A stretch of DNA of 53,073 bases from Chloracidobacterium sp. (GTDB taxonomy: Bacteria > Acidobacteriota > Blastocatellia > Pyrinomonadales > Pyrinomonadaceae): contig JAYUDV010000328.1 of NCBI GenBank assembly GCA_043739565.1, forward strand, positions 1 through 53,073, in the 5' to 3' direction. Shown here one piece after another: positions 36,688 to 44,799 of this stretch. The notes below the pieces were generated by a model, which saw only the letters and a list, made by a program, of their open reading frames with translations, made no database searches and was not told where the DNA came from. The first letter of the stretch is position 1. Every line of letters begins with the position of its first letter. The translations under genes and the position numbers were made by a program.

Positions 36688-36738
36688 GATCGCAAATTGC
36701 GACCTCGAATATTTGAGGTTCCAATTTGGAATCTCAAG
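36683..36738. promoter_or_regulatory. 56-nt nested palindrome (outer 7-bp stem enclosing three contiguous hairpin palindromes)
   Basis: CTTGAGA | TCGCA-AAT-TGCGA | CCTCGA-ATAT-TTGAGG | TTCCA-ATT-TGGAA | TCTCAAG, with no unpaired junction nucleotides. It lies immediately upstream of the ORF6N start. Confidence 0.5.
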
Positions 36739-36749
36739 CTTTGCAAAAT

Positions 36750-37301
36750 ATGGTTGAGAAGAAAACCAAAGGCCTGGAAACCGTCATCGTAACGCAGGAT
36801 CGGGTTGAGCAAAAAATCTATTTTGTTCGCGGACTTAAAGTAATGCTGGACAGTGAATTAGCCGAACTTTACGATGTCGAAACCCGTGTTTTGAATCAAG
36901 CCGTAAAGCGAAATATCGAACGTTTCCCTGACGACTTTATGATTCAGTTGATTCGACCGGAAGTAGAAAACTTGAAATCACAATTTGTGATTTCAAGTTC
37001 AAAAACCTACGGCGGACGTCGTGTGTTACCCTACGCTTTTACCGAACAGGGCGTGGCCATGCTGTCGAGTGTTTTGAACAGCGACCGGGCGGTGCAGGTT
37101 AATATCGCGATCATGCGCGCATTTGTAAATATGAGGCGATTGGTCGCGACGAACGCAGAAGTCAGCAAAAAGCTGGACGCGATCGAACGGAAACTTGGCA
37201 CTCACGACGAGAATTTCAAAGAAGTATTTGCCGCGATCCGCGCAATGATGGCACCGGTTAGACAGCCGAAACAGATCGGGTATATTAATAAAAAGAAGTA
37301 A
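36750..37301 (+). CDS. ORF6N (KilA-N-related) DNA-binding domain protein
   Basis: [45 protein letters not shown]...[39 protein letters not shown] 36750 is preferred over TTG 36726. Confidence 0.8.
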   Translation: MVEKKTKGLETVIVTQDRVEQKIYFVRGLKVMLDSELAELYDVETRVLNQAVKRNIERFPDDFMIQLIRPEVENLKSQFVISSSKTYGGRRVLPYAFTEQGVAMLSSVLNSDRAVQVNIAIMRAFVNMRRLVATNAEVSKKLDAIERKLGTHDENFKEVFAAIRAMMAPVRQPKQIGYINKKK

Positions 37302-37309
37302 TTGAAATC

Positions 37310-38455
37310 ATGACAACACAAAATCCATTAGGACTGAAAAAGATACATCACGTTGAGTTTTACGTCGGCAATGCCAAGCAGGCGGAGTTTTATTATCGCA
37401 AGGCGTTTGGGTTTTCGCGCGCCGGCTACTCGGGGCTTGAGACGGGAAATCGCGAAGTGACGAGCTATCTGATGCGGCAAACCAAGGTCAATTTTGTGTT
37501 GACGACGCCGCTCTCTCCTGAGCATCCGGCGGCGGAGCATATCAAGCGGCATGGCGACGGCGTTCGCGATATTGCGTTTCAGGTTGAGGATGCCGATCAT
37601 GCATTTAACGAGGCCGTGAAGCGCGGTGCAACGGCGGTAACGCAGCCGCATGATTGGAAAGACGAGAATGGCTCTGTCCGTCACGCGGCGATCGCGACCT
37701 ACGGCGACACGATCCATTCGTTAATCTCTTATGGTGTCAGTAGCCCGCACGTGAGTAAGGGATCACCTAACGGTCATTCAACATACGATTATCATGGGCC
37801 ATTTCTGCCGGGCTTTGTCGAACAAAAGGTCGAAGGCGACGGCGTCGGCATCATGCTCGTCGATCATATCGTCGGCAATGTCGAGCTCGGCAAGATGAAC
37901 TACTGGTGCGATTTTTACCGCGACGTGCTCGGATTTTTCCGCTACATCACGTTTGACGACAAGGACATCTCGACCGAATATTCGGCCCTGATGTCGATCG
38001 TTATGTCGGACGGCGGCCACAACATCAAATTCCCGATCAATGAGCCCGCCGAGAGCAAAAAAGGCATTTCGCAGATACAGGAATACATCGATTACTACCG
38101 TTCAGCCGGTGCCCAGCACGTTGCTCTGCTCTGCAAAGACATCCGCCAGTCGGTCGCAAAATTGCAGGCCAACGGCGTCGAATTCCTGACCGTCCCGGAT
38201 ACATATTACGACGAACTTCCATCACGAGTAGGCGACATTGACGAAGACATCGACGACCTAAGACGCCTCGGCATTCTGGTCGACCGTGACGACGAAGGCT
38301 ATCTGCTCCAGATCTTTACCAAGCCGGTCGAGGACCGCCCAACCGTATTCTTTGAGATACTCCAGCGTAAGGGATGCAAAGGTTTCGGCAAGGGCAATTT
38401 TAAAGCGTTGTTTGTCTCGATCGAGGAAGAGCAACGCCGCCGGGGAAATCTTTAG
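37310..38455 (+). CDS. hppD: 4-hydroxyphenylpyruvate dioxygenase
   Basis: [17 protein letters not shown], two VOC modules, C-terminal [35 protein letters not shown]. Carries the 28-nt repeat insert at 37734-37761. Confidence 0.95.
   Translation: MTTQNPLGLKKIHHVEFYVGNAKQAEFYYRKAFGFSRAGYSGLETGNREVTSYLMRQTKVNFVLTTPLSPEHPAAEHIKRHGDGVRDIAFQVEDADHAFNEAVKRGATAVTQPHDWKDENGSVRHAAIATYGDTIHSLISYGVSSPHVSKGSPNGHSTYDYHGPFLPGFVEQKVEGDGVGIMLVDHIVGNVELGKMNYWCDFYRDVLGFFRYITFDDKDISTEYSALMSIVMSDGGHNIKFPINEPAESKKGISQIQEYIDYYRSAGAQHVALLCKDIRQSVAKLQANGVEFLTVPDTYYDELPSRVGDIDEDIDDLRRLGILVDRDDEGYLLQIFTKPVEDRPTVFFEILQRKGCKGFGKGNFKALFVSIEEEQRRRGNL
37734..37761 (+). repeat. 28-nt repeat unit embedded in frame in hppD
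   Basis: GTGTCAGTAGCCCGCACGTGAGTAAGGG, encoding VSSPHVSKG. It sits in a segment ([16 protein letters not shown]) that looks like extra sequence relative to my recollection of bacterial HPPDs. Confidence 0.85.
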
Positions 38456-38487
38456 GAAAATAGACCGATAGCGGTTATATTCTTGTT

Positions 38488-38760
38488 GTGCTGTTTGATT
38501 GGGACAAAAAGAAGGCTGCGAGCAACCTTGCGAAACACAAAGTTTCGTTTGAAGAAGCCGCGACGGTTTTCAGCGACACGCTTTCAGATACGTTTGATGA
38601 CCCTGACCATTCCGCCGAAGAACGTCGGTTTCTTATCATCGGACATTCTGACAAAAGCAGGCTGTTGTTTGTTTCGCACACGGACGACGGAGAGATCGTT
38701 CGTATTATAAGTGCGAGAGAACCTACACGCCGAGAACAAAAATCTTATGAACAAGGATAA
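38488..38760 (+). CDS. brnT: BrnT-family (DUF497) toxin
   Basis: GTG start. (M)LFDWDKKKAASNLAKHKVSFEEAATVFSD...RFLIIGHSDKSRLLFVSHTDDGEIVRIISAREPTRREQKSYE. Confidence 0.8.
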   Translation: MLFDWDKKKAASNLAKHKVSFEEAATVFSDTLSDTFDDPDHSAEERRFLIIGHSDKSRLLFVSHTDDGEIVRIISAREPTRREQKSYEQG

Positions 38761-38977
38761 AAAAATTATTGGCGAGGATGAAATGCGACCTGAATATGAC
38801 CTTTCGCAACTGAAGGGCAAAGTTCGGGGTAAATACGTCGAACGTTATCAGGCGGGAACGAACCTGATTTTATTGGAGTCCGACGTGCAAGCGGCGTTTC
38901 CTGATTCCGGGGCTGTAAACGAAGCGTTGCGAATGTTGATGAAAGTCGCCCGCCGGCAGGTTCACGAACAGGCCTGA
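38747..38977 (+). CDS. Antitoxin partnered with BrnT (BrnA-like)
   Basis: ATG 38747 overlaps the brnT 3' end by 14 nt. Contains the EYDLSQLKGKVRGKY motif that I recall being common in antitoxins adjacent to DUF497 toxins. Confidence 0.6.
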   Translation: MNKDKKIIGEDEMRPEYDLSQLKGKVRGKYVERYQAGTNLILLESDVQAAFPDSGAVNEALRMLMKVARRQVHEQA

Positions 38978-39160
<183 letters not shown>

Positions 39161-39170
39161 GAAATTAGCT

Positions 39171-39220
39171 ACGAATGTCACGAATAACACGAATTCGACT
39201 TCTTTATTCGTGACATTCGT
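39171..39220. repeat. Perfect 17-bp hairpin made of 9-nt periodic ACGAAT units
   Basis: ACGAATGTCACGAATAA (39171-39187) pairs with TTATTCGTGACATTCGT (39204-39220). The ATTCGTG periodicity continues to about 39230. No U-tract follows. Confidence 0.6.
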
Positions 39221-39244
39221 GTAATTCGTGGCAAAATCCTCTTA

Positions 39245-40609
39245 ATGAAACTCAAATACTTAACAGGTTTCGGCAATGATTTTGCCACAGAGGCGGTTGA
39301 GGGTGCGTTGCCCGTGGGACAGAATTCACCGCAGAAGGCTCCGCTTGGGCTTTATGCGGAGCAGTTTTCAGGAACGGCGTTTACGACTCCGCGTGCCCAC
39401 AATCGGCGGACTTGGACGTATCGGATACGGCCGAGCGTTTTGCATAAGCCGTTTCGGTTGATCGGCCGTAGCGATGCCCTGCCTAACGGTCGGGCTACTG
39501 ACACGCGGACAAGGCTGTTCAGATCGTCGCCGTTTGATGAGGTTGTCACGACGCCGAACCAGCTTCGTTGGGATCCACTGCCTATACCGACGGAGCCGAC
39601 CGATTTTATTGACGGCATTACAACCATTGCCGGGAACGGCGATTCATTATCACAGACTGGCATGGCGGTGCATATCTATGCGTGCAACAAAGGTATGGGC
39701 GAACGGTATTTTTACAACGCCGATGGCGAGATGCTGATCGTGCCGGAAATGGGCGGGCTGACAATCTATACCGAGCTTGGCATTGTCGCGGTTACGCCCG
39801 GCCAAGTGGCGGTATTGCCGCGAGGACTAAAGTTTAGAGTAGAAATCGGAAGTTCTGACAATCCGCAATCCGCAATCCGCGATCCGCAATCGTTAGCCCG
39901 CGGCTATATCTGCGAAAACTACGGCCAGCAGTTTCGCCTGCCTGAGCTTGGATCGATCGGTGCGAACGGCCTGGCAAATTCGCGTGATTTTGAAACGCCT
40001 GTTGCTTGGTACGAAGATGTTGAGGGCGAGTTCGAATTGGTGGCAAAATTTGGCGGCAATCTCTGGTCGTGTGAGATGGATCATTCGCCGCTCGATGTTG
40101 TCGCCTGGCACGGTAACTATGCTCCTTACAGATACGACCTTACGCGATTTAACACGATCGGCTCGATCTCGTTCGATCATCCCGATCCGTCGATCTTTAC
40201 GGTCCTGACTTCGCCTAGCGGTGAACCGGGCGTCGCGAATTGCGATTTTGTCATCTTCCCAGACCGCTGGCTCGTCGCCGAAAACACATTCCGCCCGCCG
40301 TGGTATCACCGCAATTTCATGTCCGAATACATGGGCCTCATATATGGTGCTTACGACGCCAAAGAGGAAGGCTTCGTCCCCGGCGGCGGTTCGCTCCACA
40401 ACCAAATGTCCGCCCACGGCCCCGACCTCGACGCCTTTGAAAAAGCGTCGAACGCCGACCTTGCGCCGCAAAAGCTCGAAGGCACGATGGCTTTCATGTT
40501 CGAATCGCGCTACATCATCCGCCCGACGAAATTTGCAATGGAGACATCGCAACTCCAGCACGAGTATTCAGATGTCTGGCAAAAGTTGAAGAAGAATTTT
40601 GGAACCTAG
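39245..40609 (+). CDS. hmgA: Homogentisate 1,2-dioxygenase
   Basis: [30 protein letters not shown]..., [17 protein letters not shown], full-length 454 aa. Confidence 0.95.
   Translation: MKLKYLTGFGNDFATEAVEGALPVGQNSPQKAPLGLYAEQFSGTAFTTPRAHNRRTWTYRIRPSVLHKPFRLIGRSDALPNGRATDTRTRLFRSSPFDEVVTTPNQLRWDPLPIPTEPTDFIDGITTIAGNGDSLSQTGMAVHIYACNKGMGERYFYNADGEMLIVPEMGGLTIYTELGIVAVTPGQVAVLPRGLKFRVEIGSSDNPQSAIRDPQSLARGYICENYGQQFRLPELGSIGANGLANSRDFETPVAWYEDVEGEFELVAKFGGNLWSCEMDHSPLDVVAWHGNYAPYRYDLTRFNTIGSISFDHPDPSIFTVLTSPSGEPGVANCDFVIFPDRWLVAENTFRPPWYHRNFMSEYMGLIYGAYDAKEEGFVPGGGSLHNQMSAHGPDLDAFEKASNADLAPQKLEGTMAFMFESRYIIRPTKFAMETSQLQHEYSDVWQKLKKNFGT
39860..39892 (+). repeat. Heptanucleotide tandem repeat (AATCCGC x about 4.7) inside hmgA
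   Basis: AATCCGC AATCCGC AATCCGC GATCCGC AATCG. 33 nt, in frame, encoding [11 protein letters not shown]. Confidence 0.8.
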
Positions 40610-40657
40610 ATTTTACAAAACCTCTTGACCGACTGTAGCCAATGGGCTACACTTGTT

Positions 40658-40948
40658 ATGATCGAAGTTCGGCAAACCGAAGTCTTCGCCAAATGGTTTT
40701 TACGACTTCGGGATTTACGCGTACGCGCTCGAATACAAGCCCGGATTGATCGGCTTGAATTAGGGAATGCGGGTGACGCAAAACCTGTCGGCGAAGGCGT
40801 CTCAGAAATGAGAATTGACTACGGGCCGGGCTACCGTGTCTATTTCATCCAACGGGGATCGAAATTGATCGTCCTTCTTGCCGGTGGTGACAAAAGCTCT
40901 CAGTCAAACGATATTCGAAAAGCCTTGAGTCTCGCTGCGGATCTATAA
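40658..40948 (+). CDS. RelE/ParE-superfamily toxin (addiction module killer protein, HigB-like)
   Basis: MIEVRQTEVFAKWFLRLRDLRVRARIQARIDRLELGNAGDAKPVGEGVSEMRIDYGPGYRVYFIQRGSKLIVLLAGGDKSSQSNDI. Confidence 0.8.
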   Translation: MIEVRQTEVFAKWFLRLRDLRVRARIQARIDRLELGNAGDAKPVGEGVSEMRIDYGPGYRVYFIQRGSKLIVLLAGGDKSSQSNDIRKALSLAADL

Positions 40949-40953
40949 CGCTT

Positions 40954-41253
40954 ATGGGAAAGACAAAAACAACTAAATACGATGTGGCTGAATATTTGAA
41001 TACGCCCGAGGAAATGGCGGCGTATCTCGAAGCCTGTCTTGAGGAAGCAAACGGTGACGCTGCTTTTGTTGCCAAAGCCCTCGGTAATATCGCCCGTGCC
41101 AAAGGCATGTCGCAAGTAGCTCGCGACAGCGGCCTTTCCCGCGAGAGCCTCTATAAGGCTCTTTCTGGCGAGCGAAGTCCCGGCTTCGACACAATTCTCA
41201 AGGTTGTTGCCGCACTCGGACTGAAACTTCATGCCGAAGCGAGTCAAGTTTAG
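40954..41253 (+). CDS. HigA-family antitoxin (addiction module antidote protein)
   Basis: YDVAEYLNTPEEMAAYLEACLEEANGDAAFVAKALGNIARAKGMSQVARDSGLSRESLYKALSGERSPGFDTILKVVAALGLKL. Confidence 0.8.
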   Translation: MGKTKTTKYDVAEYLNTPEEMAAYLEACLEEANGDAAFVAKALGNIARAKGMSQVARDSGLSRESLYKALSGERSPGFDTILKVVAALGLKLHAEASQV

Positions 41254-41282
41254 TTTGAAAATAAAGAGTTGCGAGAGCCTTT

Positions 41283-41395
41283 ATGTTCGAGTCGCGATAC
41301 ATCATCCGCCCGACAAAATTTGCAATGGAAACCCCGCAGCTCCAACACGAATATTCTGAGGTCTGGCAGAGGTTGAAAAAAATTTTAAGGGCTAA
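41283..41395 (+). pseudogene. Orphan diverged copy of the last ~37 codons of hmgA
   Basis: [33 protein letters not shown]..., versus the hmgA C-terminus [33 protein letters not shown]... An apparent 1-nt indel lies near the end. The ancestral-looking TAA at 41393-41395 lies just before the next gene. Confidence 0.8.
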
Positions 41396-41397
41396 TC

Positions 41398-41670
41398 ATG
41401 TGCAGAAACATTAAAACACTTTTCAATTTCGATCCCCCGGCGACCTCGGACGAGGTGCGGGCGTCATCAATCCAGTTTGTTAAGAAGTTGTCCGGTTTTA
41501 ATCGACCTTCGAAAGCGAACGAAGCGGCATTTGACCTCGCCGTCGAGCGTGTCTCGGCCGCCGCACAGGAAATGCTCAATTCGCTTGTGACAAATACCCC
41601 GCCGCGCGACCGCGAAACGGAAGCGATCCGGGCAAAGGCAAGAGCGGCACAGAGATTCGGAGTAAATTAA
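41398..41670 (+). CDS. DUF2277 family protein
   Basis: MCRNIKTLFNFDPPATSDEVRASSIQFVKKLSGFNRPSKANEAAF, the characteristic N-terminus of this family as I recall it. Confidence 0.7.
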   Translation: MCRNIKTLFNFDPPATSDEVRASSIQFVKKLSGFNRPSKANEAAFDLAVERVSAAAQEMLNSLVTNTPPRDRETEAIRAKARAAQRFGVN

Positions 41671-41751
41671 CTACAGACAAACACAGATGAACCCGGATGC
41701 GACATTTTGCGTATCTTTACATATCCGCGTGTATCTGGAGCTAAAAACTTT

Positions 41752-42504
41752 ATGAATAAAGAGCAGATCCTCGATTATATCAGCCGTGGGCGCACCGACC
41801 TCGTTTTTGAATTGCTTGCATTGCCCGACTGGCGAGAAATTCTCAGAAAGGGACAGGTCAAGCCGCTGCAATGGTTTGTCTATTATAACGACACAACCGC
41901 GCTCAAAGCGGTGCTCGCGGCGGACGGCGAACTGATCAGTATCATCCTCGACCATGAACTCGGCCACGCTTCGTTTTTTGGGCATTGGAAGGTTGTCGAT
42001 TTTTTGATCGCCAATGGTGCGAATGTGAATTTTGCTCTGCCCGACACCGGTGAGACGCCGCTACATGGGGCACTCGCAAAGGCCGGGAAGCCTTATTATC
42101 TATACGTCGTTAGGCTGCTGGTCGAAAACGGGGCGAACGTCAATGCGGCAACCATTTCGGGCAAGGAAACCGGGGCATTTATGCGGGATGTGCGGACAAA
42201 GGGCGAGACGCCGCTCCATCGCGCCGCCGCTTATGCGGACGAAGCGATCATTAAATATTTGCTCGATAACGGCGCCGATCCGACGGCACGCGACGCGAAT
42301 GGCGATTCGCCGCTCACCTGGGCAAGTGAACATCTGCGGCCAGGTGAAATACTGCATTTGCTGACCTTTCCACCATTCACCATCGGCGAAAATTCGCGTC
42401 GGTCGATCACGGCGGACCACGGGAATAGCTGGGGCGACGGCATGGATCGAAAATTTATTGGTGATTACTTGCCGGAGAGTCTGAAGCAGGACGATGGAGA
42501 ATAA
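41752..42504 (+). CDS. Ankyrin-repeat protein
   Basis: Repeats of the type GETPLHGALAKAG...VRLLVENGANVNA and GETPLHRAAAYADEAIIKYLLDNGADPTARDANGDSPLTWA. ATG 41752 is preferred. Confidence 0.8.
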   Translation: MNKEQILDYISRGRTDLVFELLALPDWREILRKGQVKPLQWFVYYNDTTALKAVLAADGELISIILDHELGHASFFGHWKVVDFLIANGANVNFALPDTGETPLHGALAKAGKPYYLYVVRLLVENGANVNAATISGKETGAFMRDVRTKGETPLHRAAAYADEAIIKYLLDNGADPTARDANGDSPLTWASEHLRPGEILHLLTFPPFTIGENSRRSITADHGNSWGDGMDRKFIGDYLPESLKQDDGE

Positions 42505-42506
42505 GT

Positions 42507-42911
42507 ATGGGAGTTGAGATCCAGGGCATGACGCCGCTATTAAGCGTATTTGATATGCCGGGGGCACTGCGATTTTATCGCGATGTGCTCGGGTTTGAGG
42601 TCGTGGCGGATTCGGGCAATGGCGATGATTCCAGCTGGGTCTGGCTGCGGTTGAACGGCTCGGATCTGATGCTCAACGACCAGTACGAGCCGGGGCATGT
42701 TCCGGCCGCGCCGCCAGCCGAACGAACCAAATGGCATCATGACACCTGCCTCTATTTTGGCTGTCCGGATCCGGATGCCGCCTATGAATATCTTAGATCG
42801 AAAGGTATCGATCTGAAGCCGCCAGAGGTCGCGCCATACGGCATGAAACAGCTCTACTTTAGCGACCCCGATAATTACGATCTGTGCTTTCAATGTCCGG
42901 CGGAACGTTAG
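42507..42911 (+). CDS. VOC / glyoxalase-bleomycin resistance family protein
   Basis: [22 protein letters not shown]...MKQLYFSDPDNYDLCF. Confidence 0.75.
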   Translation: MGVEIQGMTPLLSVFDMPGALRFYRDVLGFEVVADSGNGDDSSWVWLRLNGSDLMLNDQYEPGHVPAAPPAERTKWHHDTCLYFGCPDPDAAYEYLRSKGIDLKPPEVAPYGMKQLYFSDPDNYDLCFQCPAER

Positions 42912-42927
42912 GGAACAGAAAGATCTG

Positions 42928-44757
42928 ATGAAATTTCGTGATGAATGGAAATGGATCATTCCCTTAGTGGTGGTGTGCGTTCTCGTTTTTGCCAATTCGC
43001 TCACCGGCGCTTTTGTCTATGACGACATGCGACAGATCCTGCGGAACACGCTCATACAAGACAACGGCCTGATCTGGAAGGCTCTGACATCGGACGTCTG
43101 GGCTTTCAAAGGCGACGGCACGGTCGTGGCGAGCAACTATTGGCGACCGACGTTTACGGCGTGGCACATTATCAATTTCCGACTGTTCGGAACAAACCCG
43201 ATTGGCTGGCACATGACGAATCTACTGCTGCATTCGGGCGTCTGCGTATTGGCGTTCGCACTGCTTAGGCGTTGGGCGTTTTCGGCGGCGATTGCCTTCA
43301 CGATCGCGTTGGTATTTGCTATTCATCCTGTTCATGTCGAATCGGTCGCATGGGTCTCGGGCTCGCCCGATCTCCTTTTCACACTCGCATTTCTCGGGTC
43401 GCTTTGGTTTGCGACGATTTACCACGAATCACGAAATTCCAAATACCTCGCTCTGACCGCTCTGCTCTACGCGCTCGCGCTCGGCGCAAAGGAGATCGGC
43501 GTCGTCTGCCTGCCGATCTATTATTTTGTTCTCGCTGACGACGGGATCGGTAAAAAGAGACCGGGTGCCAATAACACTCCACTGCTTGCTCTTGGTACAG
43601 TCGCGGTAGGGTATTTTCTGATTCGCTGGGCCGTGCTCGGCGCCGTCTCGCGACCGCCGGATGACGCCGTCGCTCTCGGCGATGCGATTCTGAGCGTTCC
43701 GGCGATGTTTGCATTTTATCTGCGGCAGATCTTTTGTCCGAATTGGCTCGGCGTAAATTACCCGATAACGCCGGTCTCGCAGATCGGCGGACTGAATTTT
43801 GTCGTGCCGCTGATTGCCACGATCGCAGCTCTCGCCGTCGTCTTATACCTGGCAAAAACAAATGCAAAAGCTCGCCTCGCAGCGGCTCTATTCCTGCTGC
43901 CACTTGCGGCGGCAATGAACGCGACCGCCTTTATCTCCGAACAGATGGTTCACGACCGATATCTCTATCTGCCGCTTCTCGGAGTGTTAATGCTGATTGT
44001 TCCGCTCGCGGCAGGATATTTGAGCGAGCGAAACATTTTGATCGGCGGCATTGCGATCGCAGCGGTTCTTGGTTTTCAGACTTTTCGGTACAACACGGCT
44101 TGGGCAAACGAACTTGCACTTTGGTCTTGGACATCAACCGTCGATAACTCGTCATTTACCTCGATCCAACTGGGGAGCGCGCTTGCGGAAGCCGGTCGAA
44201 ATGACGACGCGATCAATGCCTACACCAATGCCATCGCCAAGCGGCCAGCCGCTCGCGGTTATATCGGCCGTGGGCGTAGCTATCTAAAGGCAAAGCAATA
44301 CGCCAAGGCCGAAGCCGATCTGGTCAAGGCATTGCAATTCCCGCCGGAAAAGGTCGAGGCATACGCACTTTATCAGGCCTACGAAGCGCTCGGCGTCGTC
44401 TACAGCGAGCAGCGCAAATATGACGACGCGATCAAACTGTTTGGAACTGCCCGGTCTGACCTGCCGATCTATTTCGCGGCGTTGACCGAAAAGCTGGCGG
44501 TTGTTCTTTATCAAAGCGGTCAGAAGGAGCAAGCCTTGCGGGATCTCGAAGGTGCCCGCACTCAAGCCGGTCGAGAGTTGCTGCCGGAATCGAAGAGCGT
44601 CTTTCTACGGATCGGGATGCTCTATGGCGAGCTTGGCCGCAAAGATGATGCTCGCGTCGCTTTGGGTGAGTATTTGAGATCGACGGCGGCGATTAATGAC
44701 AAAAATACGCTTGCCAGCCGCAGCCAGGCTGTAAAATTGCTCGAAACTTTGAAGTAG
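42928..44757 (+). CDS. Polytopic membrane protein with C-terminal TPR repeats (TMTC / PMT-like glycosyltransferase-C-fold candidate)
   Basis: The N-terminal motif FVYDDMRQIL follows the first TM helix. About 10 TM segments. C-terminal TPR units (AINAYTNAIAKRPA..., AEADLVKALQFPP...). Confidence 0.65.
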   Translation: MKFRDEWKWIIPLVVVCVLVFANSLTGAFVYDDMRQILRNTLIQDNGLIWKALTSDVWAFKGDGTVVASNYWRPTFTAWHIINFRLFGTNPIGWHMTNLLLHSGVCVLAFALLRRWAFSAAIAFTIALVFAIHPVHVESVAWVSGSPDLLFTLAFLGSLWFATIYHESRNSKYLALTALLYALALGAKEIGVVCLPIYYFVLADDGIGKKRPGANNTPLLALGTVAVGYFLIRWAVLGAVSRPPDDAVALGDAILSVPAMFAFYLRQIFCPNWLGVNYPITPVSQIGGLNFVVPLIATIAALAVVLYLAKTNAKARLAAALFLLPLAAAMNATAFISEQMVHDRYLYLPLLGVLMLIVPLAAGYLSERNILIGGIAIAAVLGFQTFRYNTAWANELALWSWTSTVDNSSFTSIQLGSALAEAGRNDDAINAYTNAIAKRPAARGYIGRGRSYLKAKQYAKAEADLVKALQFPPEKVEAYALYQAYEALGVVYSEQRKYDDAIKLFGTARSDLPIYFAALTEKLAVVLYQSGQKEQALRDLEGARTQAGRELLPESKSVFLRIGMLYGELGRKDDARVALGEYLRSTAAINDKNTLASRSQAVKLLETLK

Positions 44758-44799
44758 CCGATTTGTTGCGAATTTATTTTAAAAATCAGAGGAAAATAA

